Part shown: piece after piece, positions 15,822-20,000 of the stretch | Position numbering within the stretch: position 1 is the first letter of the stretch | Layout: every line of letters begins with the position of its first letter | Source: an uncultured virus (IMG/VR IMGVR_UViG_3300010158_000055) | Taxonomy: Duplodnaviria > Heunggongvirae > Uroviricota > Caudoviricetes | Length of the DNA: 20,000 nucleotides | IMG/VR virus record: IMGVR_UViG_3300010158_000055 | Direction: 5' to 3' (one strand) | Translations under genes and position numbers: made by a program | The notes under the pieces: generated by a model | The model's database searches: none | What the model saw: only the letters and a program-made list of their open reading frames with translations | Told to the model about the DNA's origin: nothing

Positions 15822-17025
15822 AGTGTACCACTGTTATTCCTGTGTTGGGTGTTGTGTAGGTTCTCCAAGGGTCAATAATCACGCTGGGAGGTTCTATCGC
15901 ACAATATAATTTTTGTTCTTCCGTAACCCCACTGTAGCCATAGGTCACTTGCTGATTATGAGCCAATAACACTATACCTCGTATGCTGTTGGGAGTTGAA
16001 GGTTCTGTCAATGGATCAATATATGTCGGAGTAATACCAAATTCTTGTAGATAATGTCCCACTAATAAACTGTAACTGCCTTCTGTGTATGACACTCCTG
16101 GTTTATATGCCCGACCGTGTATGTACACCGGTGCTGGGTCAGCATTGTAATACTGACAAACAAAGTTGGCCATGTTGCGAGCCTGCTGTTCTCTTGCTGT
16201 CATGATGGTGTCAAAAATATCGTAGCCAAGATCCAAGCGTTCTGCAAGATAACGCAAGGCAATGTTATCTCTTGGATGACATGGCCCTGCATCTCCCATT
16301 CCTGCTGTCATGTATTTGGGGCCCATGATACGCATGGTACTTTTAGCCAAGGCATCGGTTACTACATCAACGTTGATATTGCCTTGACGCACAGCAACAT
16401 CCTGTATCATGTTTACCAAACCAATCTTTGCGGAGATGAAGGTATTATAAAACACCTTGATACATTCAGCTTCGTCCCACGTGCCCACTACGTAACGTGG
16501 ATTGTTTTCCATTAATGTATTATAGAAATCGGTTAACAAGCGAGCATCACCAGTCTCACTTCCGTCTTCTGTACCAATTATAACCATCTCGGGGTTAACC
16601 ATGTCCCATTCTACTGAACCCATGGCGATTAAATATGGGTTATAAATGAAACGTGCATTGGTAATGTTCTTCTTCAGTTCTCTCCGTGTAGTGCCGGGTA
16701 GAACTGTGGAGATAAGTACCACTAGTTGGTCCTGTGTTGCAAATTCATTTACTTGTTTGAGTACTGCATTTACTATTGTATAGTCAAAGTCTCTATTTGC
16801 CAAATGAGCAATGGGTCGCTCTCCGCCATACGCAACATCATGTGGAGTTGGCACTGCAATAAAGATTAGTTCTTTCCCCTCTACTGCTTGTTGCAGTGTA
16901 GCGGCAATTTTTATACGACTACTGGTGACTGGATAAATATCGTAGCCGGTTACTGTGTGTTTGCTTGCCATTGTTTCGGCACAGGCCAGCCCTAATTTTC
17001 CAATTCCTATAAAGCCTACGTTCAT
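15799..17025 (-). CDS. ugd: UDP-glucose/GDP-mannose dehydrogenase family protein
   Basis: GIGKLG Rossmann motif, IAVPTP, ISTVLPGTT, YNP, KVFYNTF, catalytic GDAGPCHPRD, AYKPG. Confidence 0.9.
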   Translation of the reverse strand: MNVGFIGIGKLGLACAETMASKHTVTGYDIYPVTSSRIKIAATLQQAVEGKELIFIAVPTPHDVAYGGERPIAHLANRDFDYTIVNAVLKQVNEFATQDQLVVLISTVLPGTTRRELKKNITNARFIYNPYLIAMGSVEWDMVNPEMVIIGTEDGSETGDARLLTDFYNTLMENNPRYVVGTWDEAECIKVFYNTFISAKIGLVNMIQDVAVRQGNINVDVVTDALAKSTMRIMGPKYMTAGMGDAGPCHPRDNIALRYLAERLDLGYDIFDTIMTAREQQARNMANFVCQYYNADPAPVYIHGRAYKPGVSYTEGSYSLLVGHYLQEFGITPTYIDPLTEPSTPNSIRGIVLLAHNQQVTYGYSGVTEEQKLYCAIEPPSVIIDPWRTYTTPNTGITVVHYGNTRLQ

Positions 17026-17028
17026 TTA

Positions 17029-18216
17029 ATGTTTTCCTTAGACAAATTTTACCACATACTACACGATAACCTAATATCACATTTACCACACAGTGAATCA
17101 TTTTGGTGCTATCCTTTTGGCACTTATGATGGTTATGAATCAATTACACAACCAAACCCTCATCAACCAAAAACAAATTTTCAATTTTATTTTTATGATC
17201 AAGAACCATATTATGACTTTAGTTTAGATATAATTAAAAATTATATTGAAAACTCGCATAGACGAATGAATCGTTTTTGCATACTGGCCAATAGTGAACA
17301 TTCAGAATTAAAAACTCAATTCATCAACTACAATGAATATTACGATTGGTATTATTTTTTTCACGGTTTTGTGGCACTAGATTGGTATCGAGATTTTCAA
17401 TATATGAATCCAAATTCATTTAATCAGTTTGATAAAGTATTTATATGTTACAATCACCTGACTAGTAAATTTCGATCTTATCGTTTACATCTTGTGTCTA
17501 ATTTGATACTGCAGGATTTAATACCATATGGTAGAGTAAGTTTATTCCTTGACGATAGCACAGGTACATGGCAACAAGCAATACAAGATCCTGAAAGTCT
17601 TTTAGACTCTCGAGCTAAAATTAAAATATACACGGCGCTTAAAGATCGCACTGAACCGTTGACCATAGACACTGCTACTCCAGTGGGCAATTTAAGTGCC
17701 ACGGTTAATTTTAAAGATTTAACCAGTGCGTTATGGCATATAGTTACTGAAACTGTGTACTTTGACAGTAAACTACATCTAACAGAAAAAATATTTAAAC
17801 CCATTGTTGCTCGGCGTCCGTTCATACTTGTAGCAGCTCCGGGTAATCTTGCCTATTTAAAAAGTTATGGCTTTCGCACATTTGATCGTTGGATAGACGA
17901 AAGTTACGACCAAGAAACTGATCATTACTTAAGAATAGAAAAAATAACAGAGGAAATAGCAAAATTGTGTGCCCGTGAACCCAGTGATTTGATCATGATG
18001 CATGAAGAGATGCAAGAGGTATTGGAATATAATTTCAATCACTTTTATATAACATTTAAAGATCTTATAGTAGACGAACTAGTAGATAACTTTGAACAAG
18101 TGATTGATCAAATAAATTGTACACCAACTCCAATGGTACATGTTGTTCAACCACACCAACATATTGATTTTCCAGAAAACTATTTGGCAGAAGTTAAAAA
18201 ACGTCTTAAGCAATAA
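17029..18216 (+). CDS. Glycosyltransferase-like protein (GT-B-type C-terminal domain), paralog 2
   Basis: IVTETVY...LTEKIFKPIVARRPFILV...GFRTFDRWIDESYD, clearly homologous to 8594-9703. Confidence 0.55.
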   Translation: MFSLDKFYHILHDNLISHLPHSESFWCYPFGTYDGYESITQPNPHQPKTNFQFYFYDQEPYYDFSLDIIKNYIENSHRRMNRFCILANSEHSELKTQFINYNEYYDWYYFFHGFVALDWYRDFQYMNPNSFNQFDKVFICYNHLTSKFRSYRLHLVSNLILQDLIPYGRVSLFLDDSTGTWQQAIQDPESLLDSRAKIKIYTALKDRTEPLTIDTATPVGNLSATVNFKDLTSALWHIVTETVYFDSKLHLTEKIFKPIVARRPFILVAAPGNLAYLKSYGFRTFDRWIDESYDQETDHYLRIEKITEEIAKLCAREPSDLIMMHEEMQEVLEYNFNHFYITFKDLIVDELVDNFEQVIDQINCTPTPMVHVVQPHQHIDFPENYLAEVKKRLKQ

Positions 18217-18219
18217 ATA
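18213..18219 (+). promoter_or_regulatory. Putative T4-type late promoter (ATAAATA)
   Basis: Overlaps the stop of 17029-18216, about 41 nt upstream of ATG 18261. Confidence 0.55.
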
Positions 18220-18260
18220 CTTGAAATAGAACAGTTGAAACTGTCAAACAAGGATCTGGA

Positions 18261-18542
18261 ATGGGTGATATATTTAAGGTCATAGGCGATCTAGGAATGC
18301 CAGTGGTTGCAGCATTGGCGGGAGGATACTTTGTGTATCTCACATTGAAATTGTTATTGGCTGGAGTACTCAGCAACATCAAAAGCATGGCCGGTATCAT
18401 TACAGCCCTGGACAATAGAGTTAAAACAATGAATCATGATGTCATAAGAATTGACACTGTGGTGTCAAATGCACTAGGATTAAAACCAGATGTAGAACGC
18501 ATTAGTCGTGCAGATGGTAAGTCAGATGCGAGACGCGACTAA
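18261..18542 (+). CDS. Small single-TM/coiled-coil membrane protein A
   Basis: DLGMPVVAALAGGYFVYLTLK TM segment, then ALDNRVKTMNHDVIRID. Confidence 0.8.
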   Translation: MGDIFKVIGDLGMPVVAALAGGYFVYLTLKLLLAGVLSNIKSMAGIITALDNRVKTMNHDVIRIDTVVSNALGLKPDVERISRADGKSDARRD

Positions 18543-18721
18543 TGAAACACTGGGACTACGAGTGGGACATTTACCCTAACTATCTACTAATAGATCGCGA
18601 GTTAAATTTAGATTGCTTGGGATGGAAAGCAGGAGATCTATTTAGACTTGAAAATTATAATGGTCAGCCCATGCTTAAAAAAGTTGACCCTGTGGAAAAA
18701 TTTGTAAGAGGATACGAGTAA
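18542..18721 (+). CDS. Small hypothetical protein (59 aa), possibly AbrB/SpoVT-like
   Basis: Not in the track: MKHWDYEWDIYPNYLLIDRELNLDCLGWKAGDLFRLENYNGQPMLKKVDPVEKFVRGYE*; TAATG-coupled at both ends. Confidence 0.7.
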   Translation: MKHWDYEWDIYPNYLLIDRELNLDCLGWKAGDLFRLENYNGQPMLKKVDPVEKFVRGYE

Positions 18722-19032
18722 TGGACATTGTAGAACTGGTAAACAAATATGGATTCCCTGTTGTAATGATGGTGGGCCTGGGCTATATTATAAAATATGT
18801 ATGGGAATGGGCAACAAAAGAAGTTAAACCTGTTATCTCAGATGCCAACACTGTGCTTATTGCACTGATTGACCGTATTCGTATGTTGGACAACGATCTT
18901 ATCAGATTGAATCAAAAGGTCAATACTGTGTTACACTTACGTGGCAAAAGCATCGAGCATGAACGTGTAGCAGCTGAACGAGAAATTAACAAAACTGTTG
19001 ATGATCGAGAAGCCTCGGGCGGTAACGGTTAA
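18721..19032 (+). CDS. Small single-TM/coiled-coil membrane protein B (paralog of A)
   Basis: KYGFPVVMMVGLGYIIKYVW TM segment, then ALIDRIRMLDNDLIRLN. Confidence 0.8.
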   Translation: MDIVELVNKYGFPVVMMVGLGYIIKYVWEWATKEVKPVISDANTVLIALIDRIRMLDNDLIRLNQKVNTVLHLRGKSIEHERVAAEREINKTVDDREASGGNG

Positions 19033-20000
19033 TTACTTGCTGGTGGCACGGTAGGTGCCTGACCAGTCTTTAGGCACACCTTCTGCCAATCTCAAGCTCA
19101 TGCTTTTGTAGTACTCAGTTAACTCTGGCGATTGATTCGTACAATACTCTACCATTTGTAGTGCCTTCTTCCAGTTGCCAGCATAGTAGTGTCTTAAAAA
19201 CTCTTGATGACCCAATTTAGTTTCAGCCAGTGTATAAATTTTTACACCTTGAGTTTTACCTTTTACAGCAATACAATCTAGTTCGGCTACGGGATATGTA
19301 TCTTTTACCAATTCCGCAGTGCGTTGACCAAGTACAATTTTGACACCGTACGGCTTGCTTTGTCCTTCCAGTCTACTCGCCAAATTGACGCCATCGCCCA
19401 AGCAAGTATAGTCAAAGCGTTGATCAGATCCCATGTTACCCACCACAACACTTGCACTGTTGATGCCAAGCCCCATGCCAAAAGCCGGCACACCTTCTGC
19501 TGTAATTTCTCTATTAAATTCATCCAAACTCTCCATCATTTCCAACGCTGTGCGTACTGCGTCTACCGCATGTTGTGGGTTATCTAACGGTGCGTTCCAA
19601 AATGCCATCTGTGCATCACCAATGTATTTGTCCAGTGTGCCTTTGTTCTCAAGTATACGTTTGGTCATTGCTGTCATGTAACGATTCATGATCTTTGTAA
19701 GACCCTGTACATCTGCTCCGTAATGTTCACTAATGGTGGTGAATCCACGCACATCGGTAAACATGATGGACAGTTCACGTTCCTCACCACCCAAGGTCAA
19801 CAGTTCTGGTTGACGCTGTAACTGTGCCACTAGGTCCGGACTTAGATAAGTTCCAAACTGCCGTTTAATCTGTTGTTTTTGTAGGAACTCGCTTACAAAT
19901 TTAACACCATAGGCATGAAGCATAACCAGTACAAGGCCAGCGACCAAACCAGTAACATCAATAAGCCAATGGTACTGCGAGTAAGCCAACTGGCTAGCAA
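19033..20000 (-). CDS. Membrane-anchored class III adenylate cyclase, 5'-truncated by the window edge
   Basis: FTDVRGFT, LDKYIGDA, GLGINS, RFDYTCLGDGVNLASRLE, VKGK. The Lys/Asp specificity pair indicates ATP. A TM helix and FGTYLSP linker lie upstream, and the frame stays open to base 20000. Confidence 0.93.
   Translation of the reverse strand, partial: ASQLAYSQYHWLIDVTGLVAGLVLVMLHAYGVKFVSEFLQKQQIKRQFGTYLSPDLVAQLQRQPELLTLGGEERELSIMFTDVRGFTTISEHYGADVQGLTKIMNRYMTAMTKRILENKGTLDKYIGDAQMAFWNAPLDNPQHAVDAVRTALEMMESLDEFNREITAEGVPAFGMGLGINSASVVVGNMGSDQRFDYTCLGDGVNLASRLEGQSKPYGVKIVLGQRTAELVKDTYPVAELDCIAVKGKTQGVKIYTLAETKLGHQEFLRHYYAGNWKKALQMVEYCTNQSPELTEYYKSMSLRLAEGVPKDWSGTYRATSK

Noticed and set aside
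12124..19681. Antisense ORFs such as 12580-12882, 16117-16515, 17478-17825 and 19324-19681
   Set aside because: They lie opposite well-supported genes and show no motifs or ribosome-binding sites.

Overview
A densely coding 20-kb segment that reads as the accessory region of a large lytic dsDNA phage, probably T4-like. The evidence is TAAATA/TATAAATA late-promoter motifs, near-consensus sigma70 promoters, TAATG/ATGA-coupled short ORFs and phage-typical gene families. No capsid, terminase or polymerase gene is in the window, so this assignment is inferred. From left to right: (1) a >=653-aa multidomain ORF (1960 to <1, minus strand) that the ORF track missed because it runs off the edge. It carries nucleotidyltransferase, papain-like Cys-His-Asp, ADP-ribosyltransferase-like, unknown acidic and ParB-like modules, each separated by an [LIV]-x-E motif like a prohead-protease site. 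(2) A secreted NUC-family endonuclease, a GP88-like Fe-S protein, a SprT-like protease, two lipoproteins and several small ORFs. (3) A phasin-like gene with a TGC-N4-GCA palindrome at its promoter. (4) A ~10-kb modification cluster with two glycosyltransferase-like paralogs, UvsE, a radical SAM enzyme, a putative virion protein, a methyltransferase-like protein, an amidinotransferase, a cupin dioxygenase and a nucleotide-sugar dehydrogenase. (5) A coupled membrane-protein operon converging on a class III adenylate cyclase cut by the right edge. I saw no tRNA, rRNA, CRISPR array or IS element. All family assignments are from motif recognition by eye, not database searches.
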